A model generated the notes under the pieces. The model did no database searches. It worked only from the letters and a program-made list of their open reading frames with translations, and had not been told where the DNA came from. From a virus, in the IMG/VR virus record IMGVR_UViG_3300032820_000001, positions 127,134 through 191,133 of that record: a DNA stretch of 64,000 nucleotides. The stretch is one strand, 5' to 3'. The position numbers and the translations under genes are program-made. This document shows, piece by piece, positions 44,292 to 53,862 of this stretch (positions within the stretch are counted from its first letter, which is position 1; each line of letters begins with the position of its first letter).

Positions 44292-45032
44292 TTATTTATC
44301 TTCCTCGTTCGGAGAAATTATTATATGGCCACCACTTTCGGTGGGACCAGCTTTACTATAATCTTGTCGGGCGACTCCAAGAGCCGTTTTGAGATGGGCT
44401 CCTTTATTGAGTGCGGCAGTGTCCCCGGCAACCTCACCTGCCTTGCTTAAAATTGTTTTCACAAACCAAGTTATGTTTCCAGGACTTCTAAGTGCCATCA
44501 ATGAGCTTCTGACTCCGGGCAGCGCCAGCCAACGATCCATACTTTTTGTGAGTACCTCTTCGTGGCCCTTTGTTTCATCAGCCTCTACGTCTACGGCTGC
44601 AGCGTCTTGATCCACCTCGTCAAGATTCGCTTTTCCATCTTCCTCATCATGAATTTGTTGCTGAAGGCCAGCGGCCATCTCCGGAACACCTATTTCATCT
44701 ATATTTTTCCCCATAAATGGTGAAGTATAGGGTCGAGAATCAGAAGCAAACCCATATAGGATAGAACCATCAATTGCCCGTAAAACACTTTCCATTTGTT
44801 GCGGAGATGCTCCTTTGCGAATCATTTGTCGCACACCCTGAAGAATTGGACCTTCAAGTGCGTTAAGTGTGTCGCTGTCCATCGGCCGGCCAGTTAAAGT
44901 TGGCCGAACATCACTTGGATCGGTGTTAAAGGGAACCTCATCGCCATGCTCTGCCAGATTTGGTTTTATTCCTTGATTTTCAAATAATTTTTTAAACAAA
45001 TCTTCATTTCTGTTTTTTAGATATTTTTTCAT
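44292..45032 (-). CDS. Hypothetical protein with leader MKKYLKNRNEDLFKKLFENQG
   Basis: ATG at 45032 after AAGGAG; shares its leader with the adjacent gene. Confidence 0.7.
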   Translation of the reverse strand: MKKYLKNRNEDLFKKLFENQGIKPNLAEHGDEVPFNTDPSDVRPTLTGRPMDSDTLNALEGPILQGVRQMIRKGASPQQMESVLRAIDGSILYGFASDSRPYTSPFMGKNIDEIGVPEMAAGLQQQIHDEEDGKANLDEVDQDAAAVDVEADETKGHEEVLTKSMDRWLALPGVRSSLMALRSPGNITWFVKTILSKAGEVAGDTAALNKGAHLKTALGVARQDYSKAGPTESGGHIIISPNEEDK

Positions 45033-45033
45033 G

Positions 45034-45462
45034 TTACTCCTTTTTATTTTCCATGAGATCTGGGTTTGAGAAATTATCAACCTCAAAACCAGGGGGCCAT
45101 TCGCCCTCCATCCCTTTAAAAACTACCGCAAAATCATCGTTGGCCCATCCGGGATATTGATCGCGAAGGCTATTATCTTCGCCTACAGCTAGATCCGCAA
45201 AGGCACCGCGAGAAAGATTCCATATCTCCCCGTCGTGGTCTTCACTGCGAAGGAAGGCAACTACCGTTTCCGGAGTTTCTTTGGTTCGACCTTCTTCTTC
45301 CCACCCTCTCGTCCCCGGAGAACCGACTTTATCTGCGTGACGTGCAGAGGTGTAAGGACCTTCCTCTAGGGAATAATTTTCATACTTTTTCGTATCAACA
45401 CCCTGATTCTCAAATAATTTTTTAAAAAGCTTGCTGCTTCGTTCGTTTAGTAAATTTTTCAT
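45034..45462 (-). CDS. Hypothetical protein with leader MKNLLNERSSKLFKKLFENQG
   Basis: 142 aa; ATGA overlap with the upstream gene. Confidence 0.7.
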   Translation of the reverse strand: MKNLLNERSSKLFKKLFENQGVDTKKYENYSLEEGPYTSARHADKVGSPGTRGWEEEGRTKETPETVVAFLRSEDHDGEIWNLSRGAFADLAVGEDNSLRDQYPGWANDDFAVVFKGMEGEWPPGFEVDNFSNPDLMENKKE

Positions 45463-45986
45463 GATGAATCACGATCTCCCTTGCTGTAATGTGCGGAATG
45501 GTTGCCTGCAGGCCCTAACCACTCTTCTCGGTCGTTATTTCTTATTGGAATTGCTCCGTCGTCGCCAGGATCGGCTCGATGTTTGTCAATTCCTTGATTA
45601 TTGTTCTTTCTGCCATCGCACCAGTCTCTAAGTAGCATGTTTCCCTCTAAATACGCCTGTTTTTCCATTTCTCGAAGGTGTTTATCGTCTTGAGCGTATC
45701 CTTCGGACGTAGGCGCAGCACCCCCGAAATTGCCTTGACAATTCTGGTTATGGTGAACCAACTCATGCGAAAAGCTCCTTAAAACGTCTTTTGGGTGCCT
45801 TCCGGTTGAATATAAGTGGATTTCCATACCTTGAGGGTCGTAATATGCTGTTTTTCCAAGGGGATCTGCGTAATTTTCCTTATTTTCGCGCAAAAACACC
45901 TTGCAGGACTCATTAAAGCCCAATTGCTTCTTTGCATAGGGGTAAAACTCCCTTATAAGCTCGTGAATGGTGTTTTTGTTATGCAT
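45459..45986 (-). CDS. Zincin-like metallopeptidase (HExxH)
   Basis: DVLRSFSHELVHHNQ...EKQAY. Confidence 0.7.
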   Translation of the reverse strand: MHNKNTIHELIREFYPYAKKQLGFNESCKVFLRENKENYADPLGKTAYYDPQGMEIHLYSTGRHPKDVLRSFSHELVHHNQNCQGNFGGAAPTSEGYAQDDKHLREMEKQAYLEGNMLLRDWCDGRKNNNQGIDKHRADPGDDGAIPIRNNDREEWLGPAGNHSAHYSKGDRDSS

Positions 45987-45995
45987 AACAGTTAG

Positions 45996-46003
45996 TAAGT
46001 AGT
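45996..46003 (-). promoter_or_regulatory. Candidate late-promoter motif ACTACTTA
   Basis: Lies 10 nt upstream of the metallopeptidase start. Confidence 0.5.
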
Positions 46004-46026
46004 ATTATAGCATGCATTATGCTCTT

Positions 46027-46368
46027 TTAAAGGGCTATTTGGATGATAATGATGATAAGAGATAATAATAAGCACAAAATTGTCTTAACTGTGAGGCCCT
46101 CATCCATCAAAGCATACAACAAGATGGCCCCTATGACCGTTCCCGACGAGAACCCGATGATCCGCATTGGCCATATCTCTCCATCGAAGCCTTGGTACCC
46201 ATATTTCGATGCAATGATAACTAAATAGCCAGATGGAAGGCCCATCAAGGCAATTATATAAGGATATTTTCTAAAAAACTCCCATAAGAACTGTCCGTTC
46301 ACTTGAAACCAGAAAATAAGCTGGCTTAGGCAGACAAGTCCAACGTATAGAAGAATATTTTTGGACAA
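46027..46368 (-). CDS. Small four-helix membrane protein (SMR/DMT-like topology)
   Basis: 113 aa with four hydrophobic segments. Confidence 0.55.
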   Translation of the reverse strand: MSKNILLYVGLVCLSQLIFWFQVNGQFLWEFFRKYPYIIALMGLPSGYLVIIASKYGYQGFDGEIWPMRIIGFSSGTVIGAILLYALMDEGLTVKTILCLLLSLIIIIIQIAL

Positions 46369-46386
46369 AGAGCCCTCTGCTTTCTT

Positions 46387-46827
46387 TTATTCTTTTGGCT
46401 CTTTAGATTCCTTGGCGGTAAGGGGCATTCCCAGGTCAACTGGTTTCCCTGTGGCCACGCGGCCAAGAGTATCTTGTTTAACCTTGGTCAACATTGGATT
46501 TTCACCAGTCATTGTGCTTGCCAAGTAATCAATACTACCATCAATTGTTGAAAGTGTATTTAATTTGTCGCTAATTTTCTGGAGGAGTCGAATAAGCTCA
46601 GGATCGGCATCTTCGGTCTCTTCTTGAATAATTTCTTCTACCATCTCAGTGTTACCAATCAAATCAGCTTCTCGGTGAGCATCCACCTCATCGCGATCTT
46701 CTGAGTTTGAAACCATGGGCGAAGCTTCCACGGAGGGGTATGCATCTTCACTTACTTCCTCTTCGGTGTACCGTCGCCAGTCCTCAAATATTTTCTGTTG
46801 CTTTTTAAAGCTGCTAAATTTTGTCAT
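46387..46827 (-). CDS. Acidic hypothetical protein with leader MTKFSSFKKQQKIFEDWRRYTEE
   Basis: The real start is probably 46827, after GAGGAG. The leader resembles the MKLLMENWR family. Confidence 0.7.
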   Translation of the reverse strand: MTKFSSFKKQQKIFEDWRRYTEEEVSEDAYPSVEASPMVSNSEDRDEVDAHREADLIGNTEMVEEIIQEETEDADPELIRLLQKISDKLNTLSTIDGSIDYLASTMTGENPMLTKVKQDTLGRVATGKPVDLGMPLTAKESKEPKE

Positions 46828-47158
46828 TTTTTTTCTCCTCTCGAAATGGTTCCATTTCGGCACCCTTGAAGGAAGGTAGATCAGGACGCGATGGGCCCGC
46901 ATCGGGATCCCGTTGCAAATCAGGACGGCCCGCGTAGATTTCATCTACCCAGCCCAATACCTTCTCCTTGATTTTGCTGATAGCTTCCTCGCCGATGGCT
47001 GAGAGATCCATACCCAAGAATTTTTCTAGGTCGCCTACATTTTCGGCTGAGTAATCAATCCCCAAACGCTTTGCGCGACCCCGCGCCAAAGCAGTTTCGG
47101 AAACCGCTTCTTCCTCGACATGTCTATTCCACGTTTCGTGTAATTTATGATATTTCAT
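46814..47158 (-). CDS. Hypothetical protein with leader MKYHKLHETWNRHVEE
   Basis: The real start is probably 47158, after GGAGG. Variant of the leader family. Confidence 0.7.
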   Translation of the reverse strand: MKYHKLHETWNRHVEEEAVSETALARGRAKRLGIDYSAENVGDLEKFLGMDLSAIGEEAISKIKEKVLGWVDEIYAGRPDLQRDPDAGPSRPDLPSFKGAEMEPFREEKKNDKI

Positions 47159-47159
47159 C

Positions 47160-50100
47160 TCATCCTCCCGGTGGTGCGGATTTGCCCAATTTGGTTGAAG
47201 CAATCTTCATTCCCTTGGTCAAATATTTATTGCCGCCTTTAATATTTAGTTTCAAAGCTCGCTTTTGCCACTTTTTGGCTTTCTTTTGATAAGGTTCGAT
47301 CTCATTCACAATCTCGTCAGCAACGATTTCTGTCAAGCCATCATCGCCAGTGCCGTAAAACCCGCCAGGGCCTCTATCTTGGTTTTCCTTCGGAAACTTA
47401 TCAGGATATTTCTCAATGTATTTCTGCACAGCCATCGTCAAGGAGGCTTGCGCGGCTTTCTTATTCTGAGAAACTACTTTCATTCCCGCGACAAACAAAT
47501 CGTTCCAAGCAGTGAGCGTTGATAGTGTCATATCAAGCGTCGCCAAGATATATTCGCTTGCAGGTTCGAACTTGTTTAGATACTGATGGTTTTGCATCGC
47601 AAATATTAATCCCTCTACAGCCTGCGGCGCACTCTCTTCGGCAGGAGTGTCCGTTCCGGGGAGTCCTTGCTGTATGGCTTCTCCCTTCCCGACAATTCTC
47701 TCTAAGGCTTTCATACCAATTCTAAACATGAAGTCTTTATTATCAGATAACTCAGATGAAAGAAATCCATATGGTACGTCTTTTGCATTGTCGGGCTTCA
47801 AAAAAGAAATTTGAAATCGTATAGTTCTGTCTTCCGGAAAAATGCTTACGCCCAATCCTTCGAATTGTTCTTCAAAGCCATCGTGCGCGTTCTGGTCATC
47901 TACCAGTTTATCATACTTGGTTCCTTCGAGCATTTCATGTTTAATAAGTATTCCACGAATTTTATCTTTAATATCTTTATAGTTGTCATCAACAGTGTGC
48001 CTCACATCTTGAAGAAAGCGATCTGTAGCATTGATAACCTCGTTTTCATCACCTTCATCATAACTGCTAAGACTTTTGAATCCTGTTATAATAACTTGGA
48101 CAGTTGTATGCCCAGTTCTAATATCAATATTATCTTCGTGGGCGTCATCCTGAATATTTTCGGAATTGTCGCCCGCTGTAAGTCCACCAGATTCGTTGGT
48201 AAACGACTCGTCGATTTCCTCATACCCAAGTATATCTAATTCGTCAGCGAATTCTTTATCCGCTGGGCGATCAAAAAGAAATTCTACTCGAAAGCTTGGA
48301 GTTACATAAAGCCCACCTTCGTCGATGTCATAGCCTCCATCAACGGTGGCATCTATAGTTAATTCTCGATGATCAATGTGTTCTCTTTGTTCATCGAGTA
48401 CCCTTGAAACTTCCTCCTCCCAATCCTTATGTTCATAATCCCAAACTTTGGGATACTTCTCTTCATAATCATGATCGGCCATGGCACTTCTTAAAACACT
48501 GTGAAGCTCTTCCCACTTTTCTCTATCAACTTGGCTATCATTGACATCCATAAACTGATGAGAACCATAATGGAATTGCCACTTCTCTCCGGTTCCCTTG
48601 TCTTCAATGTAAAACAGTGGGTCATCTTCTTTATAATATTGTTCAAAGTAATTTAATCCGGGCGCTGCAGTACACCAATCGGTGCCTTTGCCAAGAGTGC
48701 AGGCTGCACCTTTGTTATTGATAACGGCAACTCTCCACTCTTCGTCGTCACGCAGAACGTCCGTTCCTGCCTCTGCGTTCTTGGAGAGCTCTTTGGCATC
48801 CGCCGCTTCGATGCGAGGTTTTGCATCCTTGACAACTTTGTTCAAGGCGCCAATGCTAATAACTGCATCAAGGCCCTTGGGCTCCATGTGTGTGTTGTGC
48901 TGAAAAAACTTCTCCAGATTATTGCGAAGGGTACCATAAGATTCATTACCAATAATACTTCCTACGGGATTAACGAAATCTTCGCGGCGCTGCAGGCTTT
49001 TTTTGATTTGTCGTAGAAGCCACAAAGATGCTTGTGCCTTTTGGCCATCCTCGATATCGCGGGGCATAAAATGTAAAACCTTTCCACGGAATGCGCGCAG
49101 CATACCATCTAAATCTTTGGTAGGTTCATTGCCATGATCATAATTCCAACCCTTGATGAGCTTCGTTCCCTGCTTCTCGACAGAGGCTCTTGCATCAGCA
49201 TATGAAATTTCTTGTAGTGGTTCTTGTACTTCCGTGATGGGGCCGATAATTAAATCCGGATTTATGGGATCACGAAATAGCGTATCTGAGACATGGTTTT
49301 CCCGCATCGATTTAATTTGTTCGTCAAGAAGTTTATGAAATGCTTTCTTAAAGAGTTCAATATTATTGTTGACGACTGTGAAGTTTTGAAAGAAGATTTT
49401 AGTTCGCGCTATTTCCTCTGCGGTTCCTGCGGAGGAGGGCTTGAATACTAACCCCCAATATCGCGGCCTTGGCAAGCCCATTGGGATTGGTTCTTTATTG
49501 ACATTTATTTTGCCACTGTCGACTTCCACCGTTCCATTACTAATATCTAATTTAGAATCTGTAGGGAGGTAGGCTTGCATGTCAGGCATATACATTGGAG
49601 TTTCTTCGTTTTCTATCCCAAGTTCTAATGACGTTTGTCTTTCTGTAACTTCTCGCACAACTTCCATTGCCTGCGTAATCAGCCTTTTGCCGATCTCTGG
49701 GGACTCTAGCCATTCTACGCCAGCCTCACTCAAATCATAACCTGAGCGCGGGAGATCTTGATAGGACAAAAAGATATTTGCAAACTCCATATCGGCATGC
49801 ATGAATACATTAAAATTATCAAATTTCTTTTCTAGTGCCTTACCGTCGTCAGCTTCGAATTCTTCATCCACATCATTCTTTTTTATGACGCCCCACTCTA
49901 GCAGTTTCTTTCGCATGGTTCCGCCGATGGTTTCGTAGTTGCCATCGATTGTGCGATCAACATCGCGGAAGAAATCTAGTGATTCCTCTGTGGCTTGATG
50001 TTCGTCGTTCAACATGTCGTCACTTATATAAATCGTTCTGTGAAAGGAAAAATCTATTGAAAAATTATCACCCTCACCTAACGTGTCAACATTGTCCGAT

Positions 50101-53100
50101 GCATCAGGCCCGTATGCTATGTTCTCTCCCTCGTCCTCGCAATCTTCGTTGCCGGGACAAAAATACCCGCCGTTTGCGTCAGTAAAAAGTTCAGCAAGCT
50201 CCGCCATAATCCTATACTCTCCGTCTATTTGTTCTTGAGACCATTTCTTGTGTGGGGGTTCCCATGGATCAGTTCGGTTCGCAGGGACGGCTTTAGGCAG
50301 ATTAAGACTAGCTAGTGGATCTCCAGTTCCCCCATTGCGGTCAAAGGTAAATTTTGTTGTGCAATAAAGATGAACTCTGCTATCTTCATAATCTTCTTCA
50401 TAATCAAAACTAATATCAACATTTTCGGGGTGAGACTGTTTCTCTTTAATTTCTTTAAGTTCAGCTGTTAGGATAGCATTAACATCGACGAACTCAAAGT
50501 CAAAAACTAACTCCTCAAACCTTTCTTTCTGCCCAGCACTTTCAAGGGCATCTTTTAATCGGTCATGAAGTTCTTCAAATTTGTCTTTGCTGGGCTTTAC
50601 ATCGTCAACATCCATAAATTCTTTTTTCCCATAAGAGAACTGGTATCTTTCGTCGTCGGGAGTATGAATATAAAATAATGGATCGTCTCTGCCACCGTAG
50701 TATTGTTTAAAATAATCTAGTCCGGGAGAAGCTGTACACCAGTTTGTTTTCTTTCCGAGAAGGCAAGCTGCGCCTTTGTTGTGGGCACCAGCAATCACCC
50801 AACCATCGTCGCCCTGATTAAAGAGTGGCAGTCCGCTGTCAGGATCTCGCATAACACTTCCATCGTCGTCATAGTGAAAGTCTCCCGTAAAGAACTCGGT
50901 TCCTTGTGGGGCATCTTTGGATAACTTTTTATCTTTGTCTGCTTCAATCGATTTTTCCGCTTGAGTCACTACGTCGTTCAACATTTCCGGGCTCGCAATT
51001 TTATCGAGCTGGTTAATTTTCATGTGTCGCTTATGCTGAAAGAAAGTTTCAAGGCCCCGCGAGATCGTGGTTCGAAGACCCCACGGAAACTGCGTACTTT
51101 GCGGCGCACCAACATCGGCGCCACCCCATGCATGGATTATCCCGTCCCTTACGTCTGGGCTTGTGCGGAACATGCGACTGAGCCAAAGAGTTGCCGCTCC
51201 CTTTTGACCATCTTCGATATCGTCGGGAACCAGACTGTGCAATGTGTTCTTAACAACTCTCATGGCAGCCTTCAGTCCACGCTCAGGATCGCCTTCGGGG
51301 TCTCTTTGGAAATTATAATTTTTAATGACGTTGCGATTCTTTTTGCCGTCGAGGGTTTTCAATGCGTCCTCATAACTAACCTCTTTCAGAATCATTTTTC
51401 TATAAAGTTTTTCTTCCAAGGACATTGGGGCTTTGTCTTCTTCGAAGAGTGACATAATATCTTCGATGCCTTTCTCTATTTCCACCTTTTCTTCTTCGGC
51501 CGAAGGACGTGGATTGTTCTCCATCCAGTCTTTGGCTAATTCCTTAATTTCTTTTCGGTATTGTTTTTGGAGGGGCTCTCCCCATGCTCCAGCTTTACTG
51601 GGAGAAAGTTTGCTCCACTTGGGGTTAATGGAGGCATCTAAGTTTCGCATATCCTGCCAACCATGTTTCATCGCCAGCTTCTTAACTTTATTATCATCCT
51701 TATATTCCTCATACCACGCATTGGTATATTGATAGCCACCGGCCTGTTCGATAATAAAATAAACGAGTGAAGGGTCGCCACCGGGGTGGGGCTCCTCCCC
51801 TATTTTGACATCACCAATTTGTTTTTTAACAAGCTTACCACCATTAATGTCGGCATATGCCATTCCCAGGTGTTCGGTTCTTTGTGAGAGAAGGGAGCGA
51901 TCTAAGTGTTCATTAACATATTGAGCAAAGCTCTCTCGGCGTCCTCTGTCAGCGCCGCTGAAAATATCGTCGCCTGTTACAGACTGGTAGTTTCCAATTT
52001 CTTTTGGCATGGGAACCTTGACGTAACTCATCCAATCAAATCGAAACTTCACTTCATCCCCAACAAAGTGGGGGCCAGAGGTTTCGTCAATACTTGGATC
52101 AACGTTTGCCATCGGGCCTTCTTCTTTTAGATACTCCCAATATTTTACTAGCTCGTTGCCGGGATTGGGGTTAGCGTTAAGATCATCATGGATGGAAACC
52201 ATCATCTTCTCCATGGTATCTTCGACGTCCTTTCTCTTTATTCCCCAGGTGGGAAACATTTCTCTCTTTACTTTTCCTAGACTCAAATCATTATTCTGGG
52301 CATCCCACACACTATTGAGTACTCCGTCGCTATCCAATACAACAGCAAGTTTATCATATCGAGTTCGTTCTTGCGGCTTTCCTTTTTTACTAGGAGCTTT
52401 CTTTTTCTTCTTTCCCATCCATGGCACCAGCTTGTGATAATTATTAACGACATCGGCAATTCTTTGGGTGGCCCCATAAAGGGGTCTATTTTTTATGCCA
52501 CCCTCTTCGTTATAGTAGAAGTCACGATCATCACTCACAATCTGGTCGAGTTGTTTAACCATCCATGGAAGATATTTTTTATTCTCAGTTGGATCCCACC
52601 ATGCCAGCTTATCGATTCCTCTGGCACCGCGATGCTCGTTGTCGGTATAGCTTCCCCGCTCTACATCCAGATGAGGATATTTCTTTTTTAAGTCCTCCAC
52701 TTTTCCTTCAAAAAGATCGTCGAGCAACTCGTCAGTAATATCGTATGTTTCGACATCTTTCGCGGGCAGCTCTGGTGGTGGTATAACCTTTTTCGGGAGA
52801 ACATAATAAAGAGTCATCCCGTCGTCATTATAATAACGCCTGAACCAATTTTCTTTAGGGTCTGCTGCTGTCGTACACCATGTCGACCCAGCACCGTATA
52901 GGCAGGATGCCTTGGTGGAAACGGGAACGACAATTTTAAAGTAGGGGCCATCATAGGCCGTTCGGTAATCTTGGCCGGGGATAACATTCTTGGTAGCCTT
53001 CTTAAATGCTGATGCCTCCCTATCGGCTGCAGCTGCTTTTACGGCGGCTTCCATTTGATCAAACGTTAAACTTGCGTGGTCTTTATAATTAATCTCTTTT

Positions 53101-53807
53101 TCTTCCCCGACAAGTCGCTCGTAGATTTTATCTTCCATCTTTCGCTGGTATCCCTCAACAGGAACCAAGTCCTCTGGACGCACAAGCAATTCCTTCTCAT
53201 CATAAGCGTTGCTCCAAACGTGAGGAATCGAAACAAGAACATCTTTTAAATTTATATAATAAGCGTCAACGTCGGTGTGGTCATGTTTGTGATGGGTATA
53301 TTCTTTTTTACCTTTGCAAAATCTATACGCATACTTCTCACTCCACGTTACAGAAGTGATAGGCTGATCGCTGTCATCCATTTCTTTGGTTGAGCCACAT
53401 CGCCAAACTTTAATCACTGCACCAGAACCGTCAGGGCTTTGGGTTACGATGCCGTCTTTCGTCAATCCACGTCGAGATAATTCTCCAAGCTCTTCTCTGG
53501 ACTTGTAGATTTCGTCCATAGAAATTCCCTTGTCGGCAATCCTACGCTTCTCCATCTCTTTCTCAATCCATTCTTCTTTGTCTTCTTCATAGCTGTCACC
53601 CTCTTCCCACTCACGGTACTCCGGTTCGGGAAGAAGAAAAGACATATCGTATTGAGGGTCGCTCTCTGACCACAAACCAGAAATAGACTCAGTGTCGCAA
53701 CATGCATCACTGGCCATCATCATCTGAGTCAAGCGGCTTAGTTGGCCACCAACGTCGAGGCGTTCATTCGTAAGTTTTTTGTAGATTAAATTTTCGAGGT
53801 TTTTCAT
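47160..53807 (-). CDS. 2215-aa modular (polyvalent-like) protein: ART-like domain plus three WCT-motif (PcfJ-like) repeat modules
   Basis: ART-like motifs VWRC...TSVTWS...DEKELLV at about 53170-53420. Three copies of C.[YL]G..[ST].WCT[AT]...[WY]F..YY...L[YF]Y at about 52890, 50750 and 48690. Modules starting at about 51425 and about 49240 are clear paralogues. Confidence 0.65.
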   Translation of the reverse strand: MKNLENLIYKKLTNERLDVGGQLSRLTQMMMASDACCDTESISGLWSESDPQYDMSFLLPEPEYREWEEGDSYEEDKEEWIEKEMEKRRIADKGISMDEIYKSREELGELSRRGLTKDGIVTQSPDGSGAVIKVWRCGSTKEMDDSDQPITSVTWSEKYAYRFCKGKKEYTHHKHDHTDVDAYYINLKDVLVSIPHVWSNAYDEKELLVRPEDLVPVEGYQRKMEDKIYERLVGEEKEINYKDHASLTFDQMEAAVKAAAADREASAFKKATKNVIPGQDYRTAYDGPYFKIVVPVSTKASCLYGAGSTWCTTAADPKENWFRRYYNDDGMTLYYVLPKKVIPPPELPAKDVETYDITDELLDDLFEGKVEDLKKKYPHLDVERGSYTDNEHRGARGIDKLAWWDPTENKKYLPWMVKQLDQIVSDDRDFYYNEEGGIKNRPLYGATQRIADVVNNYHKLVPWMGKKKKKAPSKKGKPQERTRYDKLAVVLDSDGVLNSVWDAQNNDLSLGKVKREMFPTWGIKRKDVEDTMEKMMVSIHDDLNANPNPGNELVKYWEYLKEEGPMANVDPSIDETSGPHFVGDEVKFRFDWMSYVKVPMPKEIGNYQSVTGDDIFSGADRGRRESFAQYVNEHLDRSLLSQRTEHLGMAYADINGGKLVKKQIGDVKIGEEPHPGGDPSLVYFIIEQAGGYQYTNAWYEEYKDDNKVKKLAMKHGWQDMRNLDASINPKWSKLSPSKAGAWGEPLQKQYRKEIKELAKDWMENNPRPSAEEEKVEIEKGIEDIMSLFEEDKAPMSLEEKLYRKMILKEVSYEDALKTLDGKKNRNVIKNYNFQRDPEGDPERGLKAAMRVVKNTLHSLVPDDIEDGQKGAATLWLSRMFRTSPDVRDGIIHAWGGADVGAPQSTQFPWGLRTTISRGLETFFQHKRHMKINQLDKIASPEMLNDVVTQAEKSIEADKDKKLSKDAPQGTEFFTGDFHYDDDGSVMRDPDSGLPLFNQGDDGWVIAGAHNKGAACLLGKKTNWCTASPGLDYFKQYYGGRDDPLFYIHTPDDERYQFSYGKKEFMDVDDVKPSKDKFEELHDRLKDALESAGQKERFEELVFDFEFVDVNAILTAELKEIKEKQSHPENVDISFDYEEDYEDSRVHLYCTTKFTFDRNGGTGDPLASLNLPKAVPANRTDPWEPPHKKWSQEQIDGEYRIMAELAELFTDANGGYFCPGNEDCEDEGENIAYGPDASDNVDTLGEGDNFSIDFSFHRTIYISDDMLNDEHQATEESLDFFRDVDRTIDGNYETIGGTMRKKLLEWGVIKKNDVDEEFEADDGKALEKKFDNFNVFMHADMEFANIFLSYQDLPRSGYDLSEAGVEWLESPEIGKRLITQAMEVVREVTERQTSLELGIENEETPMYMPDMQAYLPTDSKLDISNGTVEVDSGKINVNKEPIPMGLPRPRYWGLVFKPSSAGTAEEIARTKIFFQNFTVVNNNIELFKKAFHKLLDEQIKSMRENHVSDTLFRDPINPDLIIGPITEVQEPLQEISYADARASVEKQGTKLIKGWNYDHGNEPTKDLDGMLRAFRGKVLHFMPRDIEDGQKAQASLWLLRQIKKSLQRREDFVNPVGSIIGNESYGTLRNNLEKFFQHNTHMEPKGLDAVISIGALNKVVKDAKPRIEAADAKELSKNAEAGTDVLRDDEEWRVAVINNKGAACTLGKGTDWCTAAPGLNYFEQYYKEDDPLFYIEDKGTGEKWQFHYGSHQFMDVNDSQVDREKWEELHSVLRSAMADHDYEEKYPKVWDYEHKDWEEEVSRVLDEQREHIDHRELTIDATVDGGYDIDEGGLYVTPSFRVEFLFDRPADKEFADELDILGYEEIDESFTNESGGLTAGDNSENIQDDAHEDNIDIRTGHTTVQVIITGFKSLSSYDEGDENEVINATDRFLQDVRHTVDDNYKDIKDKIRGILIKHEMLEGTKYDKLVDDQNAHDGFEEQFEGLGVSIFPEDRTIRFQISFLKPDNAKDVPYGFLSSELSDNKDFMFRIGMKALERIVGKGEAIQQGLPGTDTPAEESAPQAVEGLIFAMQNHQYLNKFEPASEYILATLDMTLSTLTAWNDLFVAGMKVVSQNKKAAQASLTMAVQKYIEKYPDKFPKENQDRGPGGFYGTGDDGLTEIVADEIVNEIEPYQKKAKKWQKRALKLNIKGGNKYLTKGMKIASTKLGKSAPPGG

Positions 53808-53847
53808 ACTGGCCCATTATAACATAAAAAACATAAGTTTTACACTA

Positions 53848-53855
53848 TAAATAGG
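53848..53855 (-). promoter_or_regulatory. Candidate late-promoter motif CCTATTTA
   Basis: Lies 41 nt upstream of the 2215-aa gene. Confidence 0.5.
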
Positions 53856-53862
53856 CTTTTAA

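Noticed and set aside
30188-53862. tRNA or structured ncRNA genes in the intergenic gaps
   Set aside because: The gaps are short and explained by promoters and terminators, and no cloverleaf or T-loop motif was seen by eye. tRNAscan-SE or Infernal would be needed to exclude them formally.
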